Position numbers and translations under genes: made by a program. Positions 39,434 to 50,626 of a DNA stretch of 64,000 nt are shown here, piece after piece. The stretch is from Isosphaeraceae bacterium. GTDB taxonomy: Bacteria; Planctomycetota; Planctomycetia; Isosphaerales; Isosphaeraceae. Below the pieces are notes generated by a model, which worked only from the letters and a program-made list of their open reading frames with translations, was not told the DNA's origin and ran no database searches. The DNA is taken from contig JAXMBE010000046.1 in assembly GCA_046349995.1 (NCBI GenBank), positions 2,810 through 66,809 on the forward strand, in the 5' to 3' direction. Each line of letters begins with the position of its first letter. The first letter of the stretch is position 1.

Positions 39434-40315
39434 TTATATGAACACTTTAAACGGATGGACGGCCCCCCGGGAGGGGTCCGACTCGGCCAGGGCGACGAGG
39501 CGGCCATCGGGGCCGAGGAGGGCGAGCGGGCCGGGGGGCAGGGGCGTCGACGACAGGGCGTCCGCGGCGAGGGTCTTGCCCTGGGCCACGGCGCGGATGT
39601 GCTCCTCGGTGTGCAGGGTCAGCGACTGCATCCCTGCGACGGCCTCCCGGGGCGAACGGAGCAGGGAGGGCAGGGCCTCCGCGGTCAAGGCCGACAACTC
39701 CGCGGCGGTCTCGATGGTGAAATGGCCGATGCGGCTGCGGACCAGGCGTTCGAGCAGGCCGCCGCAGCCGAGCGACTCGCCGAGGTCCCGGGCGATCGAG
39801 CGGATGTAGGTCCCGCCGCCGCAGTCGATCTCCAGGTCCAGCCGAGGCCACTCGTAGCGCAGCAGGGAGATGCGATCGACCCGGACGATCCGCGGCGCAA
39901 GCTCGACGGCCTTGCCCGCGCGGGCCAGCTCGTGGGCCCGCCGGCCCTTGACCCGCAGCGCCGAGAACTCCGGCGGTCGCTGGAGGATCTCGCCGACCTG
40001 GCCCGCGATCGCGGCGCGGACCGCCTCCTCGTCGGGGATCGGGGGAGCCTCGACCTCGACGACCTCGCCCTCGGCATCCAGCGTGTCGCTGCGTGCGCCC
40101 AGGCGGACGGCTGCCAGGTACGTCTTGGGCATCCGCTGGACGCACTCGATCAGGCGGGTGGCGGCGCTCATGCACACCACCAGGACTCCGGAGGCCGCCG
40201 GATCGAGCGTCCCCGCGTGCCCCACCTTCGTCCGCGGCACCAGCCGCACCACCTGGTCCACGACCCGCCGCGAGGTCATCCCCGCGGGCTTGTTCAGGTT
40301 GAGCAATCCGTTCAC
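39434..40315 (-). CDS. truB: tRNA pseudouridine(55) synthase
   Basis: LNKPAGMTS, KVGHAGTLDP, GTYIRSIARDLG. Confidence 0.97.
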   Translation of the reverse strand: MNGLLNLNKPAGMTSRRVVDQVVRLVPRTKVGHAGTLDPAASGVLVVCMSAATRLIECVQRMPKTYLAAVRLGARSDTLDAEGEVVEVEAPPIPDEEAVRAAIAGQVGEILQRPPEFSALRVKGRRAHELARAGKAVELAPRIVRVDRISLLRYEWPRLDLEIDCGGGTYIRSIARDLGESLGCGGLLERLVRSRIGHFTIETAAELSALTAEALPSLLRSPREAVAGMQSLTLHTEEHIRAVAQGKTLAADALSSTPLPPGPLALLGPDGRLVALAESDPSRGAVHPFKVFI

Positions 40316-40478
40316 CGGCCGTCCCGTCCTCGAATCGTCACTCGACCCTCACCGTTGCGGCGGCGGACGGCCTCCGGGACCGTCTCGCACTCCCAAGGAT
40401 CGGGAACTGCCATTAGAATCGAACTTCGCGTCCGACGAGCGTACGTATTCCGGAAACCCGACCCGAAGTCGAGCCACC

Positions 40479-41054
40479 ATGCCGATCCTGCCCGCCGAGC
40501 CGGATTTCCATCCTCCGGGACTCTGGGAGGAAGCACCGTCGGTCCTCCCCTCACCCGACGACGCGGTCTGGCGCTGCCTGCACGCGAAGGCACGCCAGGA
40601 GAAGGCCGTGGCTCGCGAGCTGCGCAAGCAAGGGCTCACCTACTACCTCCCCCAGGTTCTCAAAGAGGATCGGACGCCTCAAGGCCGAAAGATCCGCTCG
40701 ATCCTCCCGCTGTTCCCGGGATACCTCTTCTTGAAGGGAGATCACGAGGCTCGCCTGGCTGCGCTCCGAGGAGATCGGCTGGTCTCGGTCCTTGAGGTGA
40801 GTGACCAGGCGGCGCTGGAACGCGACCTCCGCCAGATCCACCGGATGCTCTCGTCGGGCCTGGCCGTCCAGCCCGAGCCGGCGGTGCCCGTCGGCGCCCG
40901 GGTGCGGATCCGGAGCGGCCCGCTGGCCGGCGTGGAGGGGACCGTGATCCGCCGGGGGAAGCGCGACCAGTTCGTGGCCGTTGTCCGGTTCCTCGGCCGG
41001 GGTGCCGTCGTCGACCTGGAGGACTGGCAGGTCGAGCAGATCGGGGATTCCTGA
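40479..41054 (+). CDS. NusG/RfaH-like transcription antitermination paralog
   Basis: RQEKAVA, PLFPGYLF, KOW motif VRIRSGPLAGVEG. Confidence 0.9.
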   Translation: MPILPAEPDFHPPGLWEEAPSVLPSPDDAVWRCLHAKARQEKAVARELRKQGLTYYLPQVLKEDRTPQGRKIRSILPLFPGYLFLKGDHEARLAALRGDRLVSVLEVSDQAALERDLRQIHRMLSSGLAVQPEPAVPVGARVRIRSGPLAGVEGTVIRRGKRDQFVAVVRFLGRGAVVDLEDWQVEQIGDS

Positions 41055-41099
41055 ACGTCTGGTCAGGAGGTGGGTGTTCGTCGCCCGTCCCGGATCGGC

Positions 41100-41714
41100 T
41101 CAGGACGAGGATGCAGGGCTGTCGTCCAGAATCTTCGCCACCGAGAACTCGAGGCCGGGCAGGAGCCGTGTCTTGTAGATCGCCGGCGGGCGGACCGGAT
41201 GCTCGACCCAGCGGCCCCGCGAGCGCCGCAGGACCGTCATCCGGCCCTCGTGTTCGTCGACGATCCAGTATTCCTGAACCCCCAGGCGGAGGTACTCCTC
41301 GGGCTTCTCCTCGTAGTCGCGGCGCCGGGAACTCGGCGAGACGACCTCGACGACGATCTCGGGCACCCACTGCGACCAGATCTCGTCGTCCGTCTCACCC
41401 TCCGGCGGGGGCGTCTTGTAGATGGCCAGGTCCGGATGCCGCTCGGACTCCAGCCCGGCGATCAGCAGCTTGCACTCGCCGCCGCTGGCAACCGCATGCA
41501 GCTTCCCGGGATGGGCCAGGTCATAGGCTAGGAACTGGCGGCGGGTCGCGTTCACGATGACCAGGTGTCTCGGGTTGGGCACGTCCACCACGGTCACGAC
41601 TCCTCGGCTCAGCTCGTAGAGCCACCCCGGCTCGGCCTCGGCGCCGGCGAATTCGTCCAGGCTCATGACCCGGCCGGCGTCGGCCGGGCCGACCCTCGTG
41701 GCGACCTTGCTCAT
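41100..41714 (-). CDS. Uma2 family endonuclease-like protein
   Basis: [35 protein letters not shown]. Confidence 0.92.
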   Translation of the reverse strand: MSKVATRVGPADAGRVMSLDEFAGAEAEPGWLYELSRGVVTVVDVPNPRHLVIVNATRRQFLAYDLAHPGKLHAVASGGECKLLIAGLESERHPDLAIYKTPPPEGETDDEIWSQWVPEIVVEVVSPSSRRRDYEEKPEEYLRLGVQEYWIVDEHEGRMTVLRRSRGRWVEHPVRPPAIYKTRLLPGLEFSVAKILDDSPASSS

Positions 41715-44200
41715 GGCGTCTGTCCTCCGGGGGAAGATGCGGCCTGGATGTCGAGTTCGAGGGGGATTGTCAGGCTGGCAGGGGCCAGGCAGACCTTGTC
41801 GTCGCACGCCTGATATTTGAGCCGGAAGCGGAGGGCCAGCTTGCCGGGCTTCGAGTGCTTCGCGAGCGTCAATCTCACGGGGATCTCGACCTTCCCCTCG
41901 TAGAGCGAGACCTTCTCCTGGCCGAGGGAGCCCAGCACCTTGGCCTGCCCCTTCGGGTACGTCACCTTGAGGTCCGTCGCCGGCGGCCCGCCCTCGAGTT
42001 CGAGCGTCGTGGGCTTGAGGATCTCCACGCCTGTGGGATTGGCGTAGATGTGCCAGCCCTTCTTCACCTCGAGCGCCACGAGAGCCTCCACCACCTGGCC
42101 CGGCGCGGGCAGCTTCGGGCTCACGGATCGGGCCGTGCCGCTCACGACGCGGGCCGGCGTCGGCGCCAGGGCTCCCTCGCCGAGCGGTTTGGGCGTGATC
42201 CGGTCGGGGCGGTCATCAAGGTAGTCCTGGAGGCCGAGCAGCATGATCGGCATGGCGGCGGGGTTCTGCACCATCACGGCGCTGAAGGCCTCCAGGGTCT
42301 TGCGTGCCTGGGTCAGGTAGCGCTCGTCACTGGTGACGCGGTGGAGGCCCAGGAGGTCGAGCACGGCCATGCTGTTGGCCCCGGGCAGGGCCCCATCGTA
42401 GGGGTCCTTGGGTCGGGCCAGCAGGCTTTCGTGATCACCCGGAGTGAAGAAGAAGCCGCCCTCCTCGGTGTCCGCGAAATCCACGACCATCCGATCGGCC
42501 AGCACACGGGCCTGCTCGAGCCATCGCGCCTCGCCGGTGGCGGTGTGGAGCTTCAGCAGGCCATGGATCAGGAAGGCGTAATCTTCGAGATACGCCGCGA
42601 GCCTGGCCTGCCCGGCGCGATAGGTCCGCAGCAGGCGGCCTCCGGGATCGCGGCTCTTCGCCAGGAGGAATTCCGCGGAGCGCTCGGCGGCCCGGCGATA
42701 GGACTCGTTCTTGAGGATGCGGTAGCCGTCGGCGTAGGCGGCGATCATCAGCCCGTTCCAGGCCGTCAGGATCTTGTCGTCGCGGAGGGGTGCCGGGCGG
42801 CGGTCGCGCGCGGCCAGCAACCGGTCGCGGAGCGGCTTCAGCCTGCGCTCCAGCTCATCGGGTGTGGTGCCCAGCTTCTCCGCCTGCTCGGCCAGGGGCC
42901 GGGGCTGGAGCAGGACATAGCGGTTCCCCTCGAAGTTCGGCTCGCGCTTCAGGCCATAGACCTGCTGGAACGCCTCGGAGTCGGGGCCGTCGCCGAGGAC
43001 CTGCCTCGCCTCGTCCCGGGTCCAGACGTAGTAGGCGCCCTCGCCCTCGGCGGTCTCGGCGTCGAGGGCCGAGAAGAAGCCGCCCTCCTCCGAGGTCATC
43101 GTCCGGGCGACGAAGGCGAAGATCGCCTCGGCCTCGTTCCGCCAGCGGTCGTCGCGGGTGATCTCGTAGGCCATGAGCTGCGCCGAGGCGAGCTGGGCGT
43201 TGTCGTAGAGCATCTTCTCGAAGTGCGGGACGATCCAGTAGCGGCTCGTGGAGTAGCGATGATAGCCCCCTCCGATCTGGTCGCGGATCCCGCCCCGGGC
43301 CATGCGGTCGAGCGTCTGGACGACCATGGGAAGCGGCTGTGCCTGTGCGCCCGCGGGGCCATTCCGCGGGGCGGCCATGGCGTCCCGACGATGCTGGTCG
43401 AGCAGGAAGATCAGGTTCACCGGCTCGGGGAACTTCGGCCGGCGGGCGTTCTGCGGGCTGAAGCCGAAGCCGCCGTACTCGGGGTCGAACTGCTCGGCGA
43501 GCTGATCCCGGCCGGCCGCCGCGAACTGCCGGGAGAGCGGCGGCCTGCGCCGGCCCGCCGGGTTGCCCAGCTTGCGCTTGACGATCTCGGTCAGGCCCCC
43601 GGCCGACTTCTCGATCTCGGCTCGCTCGGCCTTCCACGCCCGGGCGATCCCCTTGGTGACCGTGAGGAAGCCCGCGGCGCCGTCGCGGTCGCGGGGCGGG
43701 AGATAGGTCTCGCCGTAGAAGGGCCGGCCGTCGGGCAGCAGGAACATCGACATCGGCCAGCCGCCGGTGCTGAAGGCCTGGAGCGCGGCCATGTAGACCT
43801 GGTCCACGTCCGGGCGCTCCTCGCGGTCCACCTTGATGCACACGAAATTCTCGTTGAGGAACTTCGCGATCTCGGCGTCGCTGAAGCTCTCCCGCTCCAT
43901 GACGTGGCACCAGTAGCACGAACTGTAGCCGACGGAGAGGAAGATCGGCCGGCCCTCAGCCCTGGCCTTCGCGAAGGCCTCGGGCCCCCAGGGATACCAG
44001 TCCACGGGGTTATGGGCGTGCAGCAGCAGGTAGGGGCTGGTCTCCTTCGCCAGCCGGTTGGGCGGGTATTCCGGCTTCCGCCCGGCCTCCTGGGACCGCG
44101 TCTCCGCAGGGTAAGGGGCCAGCAGGGCGGCCGCTACCAGGAGAATCCAAGACAGGCAAGGACGGCTGGGAAGGTTCCGGTCGCGCATCAGTCGGTGCAT
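41711..44200 (-). CDS. YyaL/SSP411 (DUF255) thioredoxin-domain protein with C-terminal DsbD-N-like domain
   Basis: [44 protein letters not shown]; tail [16 protein letters not shown]. Confidence 0.93.
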   Translation of the reverse strand: MHRLMRDRNLPSRPCLSWILLVAAALLAPYPAETRSQEAGRKPEYPPNRLAKETSPYLLLHAHNPVDWYPWGPEAFAKARAEGRPIFLSVGYSSCYWCHVMERESFSDAEIAKFLNENFVCIKVDREERPDVDQVYMAALQAFSTGGWPMSMFLLPDGRPFYGETYLPPRDRDGAAGFLTVTKGIARAWKAERAEIEKSAGGLTEIVKRKLGNPAGRRRPPLSRQFAAAGRDQLAEQFDPEYGGFGFSPQNARRPKFPEPVNLIFLLDQHRRDAMAAPRNGPAGAQAQPLPMVVQTLDRMARGGIRDQIGGGYHRYSTSRYWIVPHFEKMLYDNAQLASAQLMAYEITRDDRWRNEAEAIFAFVARTMTSEEGGFFSALDAETAEGEGAYYVWTRDEARQVLGDGPDSEAFQQVYGLKREPNFEGNRYVLLQPRPLAEQAEKLGTTPDELERRLKPLRDRLLAARDRRPAPLRDDKILTAWNGLMIAAYADGYRILKNESYRRAAERSAEFLLAKSRDPGGRLLRTYRAGQARLAAYLEDYAFLIHGLLKLHTATGEARWLEQARVLADRMVVDFADTEEGGFFFTPGDHESLLARPKDPYDGALPGANSMAVLDLLGLHRVTSDERYLTQARKTLEAFSAVMVQNPAAMPIMLLGLQDYLDDRPDRITPKPLGEGALAPTPARVVSGTARSVSPKLPAPGQVVEALVALEVKKGWHIYANPTGVEILKPTTLELEGGPPATDLKVTYPKGQAKVLGSLGQEKVSLYEGKVEIPVRLTLAKHSKPGKLALRFRLKYQACDDKVCLAPASLTIPLELDIQAASSPGGQTP

Positions 44201-44383
44201 CCCTGGGTCCTGTGCGGGCGCAGGCCGATGGACCGGGGATCGATCGATCCCCGAGATCCCCGGCCAGGTCCGTCGGCCGGGGCGCCTGTGACACCGACCG
44301 ATTGTACGGCCGGATCGCCGCGGAACCAACCTGGGCTCACCGGCCGGCCGCGGGCGCGGCGCCGGAACTGGCCCGCGTCCGAC

Positions 44384-46300
44384 TCAGCGGGTGGTGCTCA
44401 CCGAGCGGCGAGATTCGTTGATCTTCACCCCGGCGAGGTCTTCCAGGGGCTCGGCCAGGTCGTCGTGCTCGACGAAGACCCGGCAGGTACCCAGCCCCCT
44501 GTCGGCCTTGGTGACCTTCACCTTGACGAACAGTTCCATCTCCTTGCCCGGCCCGAGACGGGGGATGGTCGGGAAGTTGACCTTGTCGAGCCCGGGTGAC
44601 GCCAGGGCCTGCTCGCTCGGCCCGCCGCCGGTGGCCTCGACGGCGAGGTTCTTGGACAGCTCGGCCCGGACCTTGATCTGGGTCGCCTCCTTCGTCCCGT
44701 GGTTGCGGAGCCGGATCGAGAAGCTGGTGGTCCCGTCCAGGTCGACGAGCCGCCGCCGCTCGCGTACCAGGAGTTCGACGTCGGCGATGCCCTTCACGTC
44801 GGTGAGCTTGCGCTCCTTGAGCGACAGGCCGTTGTCGCCCCGCGCCTCCACGTTCACTTCATACCCGCTGTTGATGCCGCCCATGCGGATCTCGAACTCG
44901 TGGGACCGCGGCTTCTCGCCCGGGTCGATCTGGGGGATCGTCCAGAGCAGCCGCCGGGAGGAGCTGTCGTACTTCGCCCCGGACGGGATCCCGACCAGCC
45001 GGCCGGAGACGCCGAGGGTCGCCAGGACCTTCACGTTCTTGGCCGGCGCGTCGCCGGTGTTCTCGAGGACGATGCTGTACTTGGCCACGGCGTCGGTGAT
45101 GCAGGACTCGGGGGCGGACAGGGTCATCTTGAGCTTGGGCTCGACGACGTGGAGGGTCCGGATCACCTCGGCCGACTCCTTGTCGAAGTCGACGTCGTTG
45201 CTGGTGGCGCTGATCTTGCACCACTGCTCGCCGCCCTGGATCGCGTCGAGCGTGAGGGGATCGAGATCCTCGCGCTGGCCGGCGGCCAGTTCAGACAGCG
45301 GCAGTTCGAAGCTGTTGTCCTCGTTGTGCTCGCCGGTGTCGTGACGGAGCCCCGGGCTGAGCTTGGCCTGCACCAGGACGTTCCGCGCAGGCCCGTCGCC
45401 GATGTTCGTCACCGCGATCCGGAACTCGGCCGTCCTGTTCTTGAGGACCTTGCCCTCGGCGGGGACCTGCACGACCTCGAGCTTGAGCCGCGGCCGGAGC
45501 ACCCGGCTGGTGGCCTTGCTGCCGGCCGTGAAGGTGACCGTTGCGCCGTGGTCGAGCGCGCCGCCGGCCTTCGTCGGCTTCACCTTCAGCAGGATCACCC
45601 GGTCGGACGCCGCCGGCAGGGTGCTGATCCGCCAGCTCAGGAGCGAGTCGCCGACCTTCTGGGCCTCGGGCTGGCTGCTGACGAAGGCCAGACCCGGCGG
45701 CAGCTCGTCGCGGACGATCACGCCCAGCGCATCGCTCGAGCCGCTATTCTTGACGATGATCTTGACGGTGGCCTCGCGGTTGAAGTTCATCACCTGCGGC
45801 GCCTGGACATCCACGCTGAGGACGACCTCCTGCTTGCCGAGCGGGAGCCGTTCGACGACGCCGGCCGAGTCGGACCCGCCATCGGCCGGTGCCGGTACAG
45901 CCTGGGCCGGGGCCGCGATGGGCGCCGTCGCGGCCGGTGCGTCGCCCGGGTTCTGGGTCTGGACGACCTCATCATCGCGGGTCGCCGGGGCGGCCTTCGC
46001 CTGGGCCGGGGCCTTCCCCGCCTTCGGCCGGGCGGCGGGCTCAGCGGCTCCCTCGGCGGGAGCCGCGCCCGGGAGACTCTCGGGTGGAGGCAGTTCCTCG
46101 GGCTTCGGCAAGGCGGCGGGCTCCGCGCCCGGCTTCGACTCGATCGGGGCGCCGGCGGGCTCCGCGGGCGAGATCGGGGGCAGGCCCCCGTCTTCGGCTC
46201 CCGCCGCGGGCGGGGCGCTTGGCTTGGGCACCTGGCCCTGCGCACGGGTAGCGGCCAGGATGCAGAGGAGTCCCATCAGGATCGTGATTCGCCGGCCCAT
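44384..46300 (-). CDS. DUF11/Ig-like repeat secreted protein
   Basis: Signal peptide, Pro/Ala linker, repeated VKNSG/VTNIGDGPARNV/LENTGDAPAKNV/LRNHG motifs. Confidence 0.85.
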   Translation of the reverse strand: MGRRITILMGLLCILAATRAQGQVPKPSAPPAAGAEDGGLPPISPAEPAGAPIESKPGAEPAALPKPEELPPPESLPGAAPAEGAAEPAARPKAGKAPAQAKAAPATRDDEVVQTQNPGDAPAATAPIAAPAQAVPAPADGGSDSAGVVERLPLGKQEVVLSVDVQAPQVMNFNREATVKIIVKNSGSSDALGVIVRDELPPGLAFVSSQPEAQKVGDSLLSWRISTLPAASDRVILLKVKPTKAGGALDHGATVTFTAGSKATSRVLRPRLKLEVVQVPAEGKVLKNRTAEFRIAVTNIGDGPARNVLVQAKLSPGLRHDTGEHNEDNSFELPLSELAAGQREDLDPLTLDAIQGGEQWCKISATSNDVDFDKESAEVIRTLHVVEPKLKMTLSAPESCITDAVAKYSIVLENTGDAPAKNVKVLATLGVSGRLVGIPSGAKYDSSSRRLLWTIPQIDPGEKPRSHEFEIRMGGINSGYEVNVEARGDNGLSLKERKLTDVKGIADVELLVRERRRLVDLDGTTSFSIRLRNHGTKEATQIKVRAELSKNLAVEATGGGPSEQALASPGLDKVNFPTIPRLGPGKEMELFVKVKVTKADRGLGTCRVFVEHDDLAEPLEDLAGVKINESRRSVSTTR

Positions 46301-46484
46301 GGAAACAGTCCCCCTCCTTGGGAACGGCCCCGGTCGACGCCTTGCACTGAGTGCCGAGAGACTTGCAGGATTCGCGTCTGGACTGGGTGCGGGGATACGG
46401 GTATGGACCGACCCGCGCGCACTGGCGGCGGACGGTCTGCCCGCCGGTGTCTTAGCAGAAGCCCCTCGACCGGGGAAGTGCAAC

Positions 46485-47438
46485 TCAGGGGATTCCCGAC
46501 CGGCCTCGACGGGCCTCGATCTCGTTCGCCAGGCGATCCGCAATCACCCCGGGATCCTCGTCGCCGGAGATCGGGAAGGGACGCACTTCCTCGAGCCCTC
46601 GGAACCAGGTCGCCTGCCGCTTGGCGAACTGGCGGGAGCGGGTCCGGACCAGGTCGACCGTCTCGGGTAATCCGGCCTTGCCTTCGAGCATCACGATCAC
46701 CTCACGATAGCCCACGCCCTGGGCGGCCACGCCGCTGAGCGGCCGAGGCCCGGCCTGGAGCCGCCGGACCTCGTCCACCAATCCGGCCTCGAACATGAGG
46801 TCCACACGCCGGTTGATCCGCTCGTACAGCTCGGCACGGGGACGCTCCAGGGCGAAGACCGGGACGGCCTCGGGTGCCGGGCGGTCGTGTTCCCGCTGGA
46901 GCCGGCTGAGCGGCTGCCCGGTCAGCTCGAGGACCTCGAGCGCCCGGACGATGCGCCGCAGGTCGTTTGGATGCAGCCGCGCTGCAAGGATGGGATCGAG
47001 GCCGCTAAGCCGGCGGTGCATCTCGGGAGCACCTTCCCGTTCGGCCTCCTGTTCGAGCCGCGAGCGGACCAGCGGATCGGCCCCCGGGCCCTCGAAGAGC
47101 CCGCGCAGGAGCGTCTTCAGGTAGAGGGCGGTGCCGCCCACGAAGAGGACGCGGCGGCCCCGCCGTTCGATGTCCCGGACGGCCTCCTCGGCCCAGCGCC
47201 GGTACCGGGCCACGCTGGCTGACTCCCATGGATCCAGGACATCAATCAGGTGATGCGGGATCCCACCCCGCTCCTCGAGCATCGGCTTGGCGGTCCCGAT
47301 ATCCATGCCCCGGTAGAGGGTCATGGAATCGAGCGCGACGACCTCCGCGTCCAGCCGGCGGGCCAGGTGGACGCCGATCGCCGTCTTGCCCGAGGCGGTC
47401 GGCCCCGTCAGGTAGATGGCACGGTGGAACGGCTCCAT
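46485..47438 (-). CDS. miaA: tRNA dimethylallyltransferase
   Basis: GPTASGKT, DSMTLYRGMDIGTAKP, AKRQATWF. Confidence 0.97.
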   Translation of the reverse strand: MEPFHRAIYLTGPTASGKTAIGVHLARRLDAEVVALDSMTLYRGMDIGTAKPMLEERGGIPHHLIDVLDPWESASVARYRRWAEEAVRDIERRGRRVLFVGGTALYLKTLLRGLFEGPGADPLVRSRLEQEAEREGAPEMHRRLSGLDPILAARLHPNDLRRIVRALEVLELTGQPLSRLQREHDRPAPEAVPVFALERPRAELYERINRRVDLMFEAGLVDEVRRLQAGPRPLSGVAAQGVGYREVIVMLEGKAGLPETVDLVRTRSRQFAKRQATWFRGLEEVRPFPISGDEDPGVIADRLANEIEARRGRSGIP

Positions 47439-47602
47439 TCGACGCCTTGATCAGGTCTTCGCGGGAGCCGGAAAGAAACGAGGAATGCGATGCCGCACAG
47501 TGTACATTGCTACACGAGGGACGTATAATTGCATCGACAAGGAGCCACCTGGAGCAGGAGGGAACCAGGCCTCAACGGATTGCAAGCTTCTGAAGGACTT
47601 CG

Positions 47603-48310
47603 ATGACCAGTCTACATGCCGAGTATCCGCGTCTCCATCATGACGCGTCGGAGGCCCCCCGGAGGGCCCAGCGGACGCATGTGATGGCGCGCCTCAGCTT
47701 GTTCATCAACGGCACGGCCTACGACGTGCGTCCCATCGACGCCGACGGCTCGGCCGCGATCCGCGCGTTCCGGATCCGCAAGTTCGACGGGACCGAGTAC
47801 GACGTCGCCCAGACGATCGACGGCCCCATCTGCGACTGCCCGGATTTCACGTTCCACCGCGAGGGGATCGACCCGGAAGGGTGCAAGCACGTCAGGGCCC
47901 TGACCGCCTGCGGGCTGATCCACACGCCGGATTCTCCCGTCGCGGGGTCGAGTCCCGAGCCCGTCGCTCCGAAGCCCACCGAGCAGGACGGCGGCGGGGG
48001 AGCGGGCGGCCCGGCTCCACTGGCCGCGCTGGTCCCCGCCAACGGCCAGCCGACGACGTTCCTCGAGGTGGTCGAGCACGAGTCGATGGGCTACCGGGCT
48101 TGGGGGACGGCCGTCGGCGACTTCCTGGGCGAGCAGGTTGGCCGGATCGCACAGCTCATCCGCTGGACCGGGGCCCGTACGCCGGCCGACCACGAGGACA
48201 GGATCGAGTCGTACGAGCACGAGCTCCGCGCCCGTGATTACGACCGGGGCTATCACGACGGCCTCGAAGCGGGCCGCCGCGAGACCTGCCCCTGCGGCGG
48301 ACACCATTGA
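47603..48310 (+). CDS. SWIM zinc finger protein
   Basis: CDCPDF..GCKH; start uncertain. Confidence 0.75.
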   Translation: MTSLHAEYPRLHHDASEAPRRAQRTHVMARLSLFINGTAYDVRPIDADGSAAIRAFRIRKFDGTEYDVAQTIDGPICDCPDFTFHREGIDPEGCKHVRALTACGLIHTPDSPVAGSSPEPVAPKPTEQDGGGGAGGPAPLAALVPANGQPTTFLEVVEHESMGYRAWGTAVGDFLGEQVGRIAQLIRWTGARTPADHEDRIESYEHELRARDYDRGYHDGLEAGRRETCPCGGHH

Positions 48311-48427
48311 GCCTGCCCTGATGTCTGTGCGGCCGCGCCCGGTAGACCACTCCCGGGTGGCATCGATGTTGCCTTCTTCGTGTCACAGGGATCAACCTGT
48401 TTGTTTCACGAACGGAGGCAGCATCTC

Positions 48428-49153
48428 ATGCAAAGTGCCCTTTTGGTGGTCGCCCTCTCCCTGAGCTCGGTTGGTTGCCACCACCGGTCGGCGTGCGTCT
48501 CTGGTGCCCGGCATGGCTGCTATGGCGGCTGCTACAGCCAGGCCCGTCATGGCGGCTGTTACGGCGGTGGCTATTCCGGAGGCTGGGTCCAACCCGCTTC
48601 GTATCCGCAGGGGGTTTACCGGGGCGGGAGCTACGGCGTCGCTCCCTCGGGGCAAGCCATGGCCGCCCCTTCGGGGCAGTCCATGGGCTACGCCCCGACG
48701 TCCGGCTTCAGCGCCGGATCGTACGGGATGGCCGGGACACAGGCCTCCTGGCCGACCTACGGTTACAACACCGGCTCCTACCCCAGTTACGGGATGCCGG
48801 CCGTGAACACGTACGGGGCCAACTACGGTTACACTCGCGGGCGGCCGTTTGCGAACTTCGGCAGGGGATGGTCCAACGCGTACAACGCCGGGCCCAACGC
48901 CTACTCTCAGGGTTACGGGATGCCCGGCTCGGGCCCGTATTATCAGGGCTATGGGAACTATCCGGGTTACGGCTCTCCTTACGGCGGGATGTATGGGCCG
49001 GGTACTTACTCCTCCGCGTATGGGCCGGCACCACTCACTCAGCAGGTGATCAACGCCGGCCGTGCCACGGGGCTTCTGCCGTCACAGGGCGTGAACAACG
49101 CGGCGGGAGCCGTGGCCGCGCCCCGCGGGTTCGCGGCCCCGCGCCCTCGCTGA
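48428..49153 (+). CDS. Gly/Tyr-rich low-complexity exported protein
   Basis: GGAGG RBS; signal ending SVGC; HGCYGGCY and YG repeats. Confidence 0.8.
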   Translation: MQSALLVVALSLSSVGCHHRSACVSGARHGCYGGCYSQARHGGCYGGGYSGGWVQPASYPQGVYRGGSYGVAPSGQAMAAPSGQSMGYAPTSGFSAGSYGMAGTQASWPTYGYNTGSYPSYGMPAVNTYGANYGYTRGRPFANFGRGWSNAYNAGPNAYSQGYGMPGSGPYYQGYGNYPGYGSPYGGMYGPGTYSSAYGPAPLTQQVINAGRATGLLPSQGVNNAAGAVAAPRGFAAPRPR

Positions 49154-49171
49154 CGCGGATACCGCAAAGCG

Positions 49172-49208
49172 GCCCGGGGCGAGCCGGCTTGACTCGCCCT
49201 GGGCTTTT
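49172..49208 (+). terminator. Rho-independent terminator
   Basis: GCCCGGGGCGAG..CTCGCCCTGGGC followed by TTTT. Confidence 0.7.
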
Positions 49209-49258
49209 GTCACTTCGAATGCCTGAAGTGGTCTCGCCGAGCCCCTCGGCTCCCCGGT

Positions 49259-50101
49259 TCACGGGCCGGCCGGGCTGTCGCCGGAGCCGGTCTGAGGAGC
49301 CAGACCCTTGCGCTTCTTCCCTCCGACGGATCGCTTGCCGGCGGGCGTCCCGCCCACGGCCCCGCCGGTCGGGCCCGAGTAGGGGATGTCGTCGGCGTCG
49401 TCGGCCTCGATGCCCACGTCGAAATCCCCGCTGCCCATCGCGCTGTTCAGGTCCTCCTCGTCCGGCTCGCCGCTGCCGATGTTGGTCCCCGCCAGGCCGC
49501 CCACGGCCGTACCGCCGCCCGCGGTCCCGGCCGCGTGGACGTCGCCGGCGGCCGCGCCCGGGGCCGCGTCCGGCTCGAGGTCGGTGAACAGGATCTCCGG
49601 GTCCCGGGTCTCAGTCACGACCCCGTCGGGCTGCGAGGGGGCGGGATCGAGTTCGTCGGCCACGTCATCGTCGGCCGGGTCCAGGGTCTCCTCGGGCCGC
49701 TGCGGCCGGCCGTCGTTGAGGTTGACGGACTTGCCGGCCTGGACCTCGACCGAGCAGGCCGTGCAGTAGGGCGTGTAGGGCAGGAGTTCCAGCCGCTCCT
49801 CGAGGATCGGCCGGCCGCACCGCTCGCACTGCCCGAAGGATCCCGAGTCGAGCCGTTGGATCGCGGTGAGGACCTGCTCCCTCAGGTACTCTTGGTTTTC
49901 CCTCAGCGTGGCGTCGAGTTCCTGCATGTAGACGGCAGTCCCCAGGTCCGCCATGTGAAGCGGCGTGTTGGAGAGATTCCCGCCGGCATCGCCTCCGGTC
50001 GGCGTGCCGACCTGCTCGTCCAGCGTGGCGAGGTCGCCCCGCAGCCGCCTTGAGAGTTCCATGAGCTGGGTGCGGAACGCCTCGAGCTTCTCGCCGGTCA
50101 T
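49259..50101 (-). CDS. TraR/DksA C4 zinc-finger protein with extended Gly/Asp-rich C-terminus
   Basis: HMADLGT, GQCERC..ERLELLPYTPYCTAC. Confidence 0.88.
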   Translation of the reverse strand: MTGEKLEAFRTQLMELSRRLRGDLATLDEQVGTPTGGDAGGNLSNTPLHMADLGTAVYMQELDATLRENQEYLREQVLTAIQRLDSGSFGQCERCGRPILEERLELLPYTPYCTACSVEVQAGKSVNLNDGRPQRPEETLDPADDDVADELDPAPSQPDGVVTETRDPEILFTDLEPDAAPGAAAGDVHAAGTAGGGTAVGGLAGTNIGSGEPDEEDLNSAMGSGDFDVGIEADDADDIPYSGPTGGAVGGTPAGKRSVGGKKRKGLAPQTGSGDSPAGP

Positions 50102-50365
50102 GATTACCTCTGGGTGCTGAGCTGACTGGTGAACGGACTGTCGGTCCCCCATGCACGCGAGGTGCCGGGCCCCGTCGCGGCACCGATACCGGCGACCCCG
50201 GCGGCCCGGATCGAGGCGGACGAAGCCGGGGATTCCGAGGGATAAGAAAACTCCCCAAATCCCTTGGAAGCAAAGAACCTGTGGCAAATCTGGAACGTAG
50301 AATGTGGAGCCGAAAACAGGCCAGGAATGAAGCTCGAAATATCGCTCCTGAAGGGGATTTGATCC

Positions 50366-50626
50366 GTGCGTAAGCTCCACATCTACATCGCCAAGTACGG
50401 GCCGGAAGCAGGCCCGAAGCTGTACCACGCCTTGCAGAGTCAGGCGGCCCACGCGGGCGTTAGCGCCCGGTTGCGCAGGAAACTCCAGGCCGTGACCCAT
50501 GGCGAGCCCTGGCCTCCTGCCAGGAAGCGCGAGGTGACCCTGCCGCTGTTCCCCGAGCCCGAGTCCCGGGACGAGCCGACGACGCGTGCTGCCGGGGCCC
50601 TCGAGCTCCACGCGGCTTGCGGCTGA
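50366..50626 (+). CDS. Small hypothetical protein
   Basis: AGGGG RBS-like upstream; GC3-biased codons (RKLHIYIAKYGPEAGPKLYHALQSQ). Confidence 0.6.
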   Translation: MRKLHIYIAKYGPEAGPKLYHALQSQAAHAGVSARLRRKLQAVTHGEPWPPARKREVTLPLFPEPESRDEPTTRAAGALELHAACG

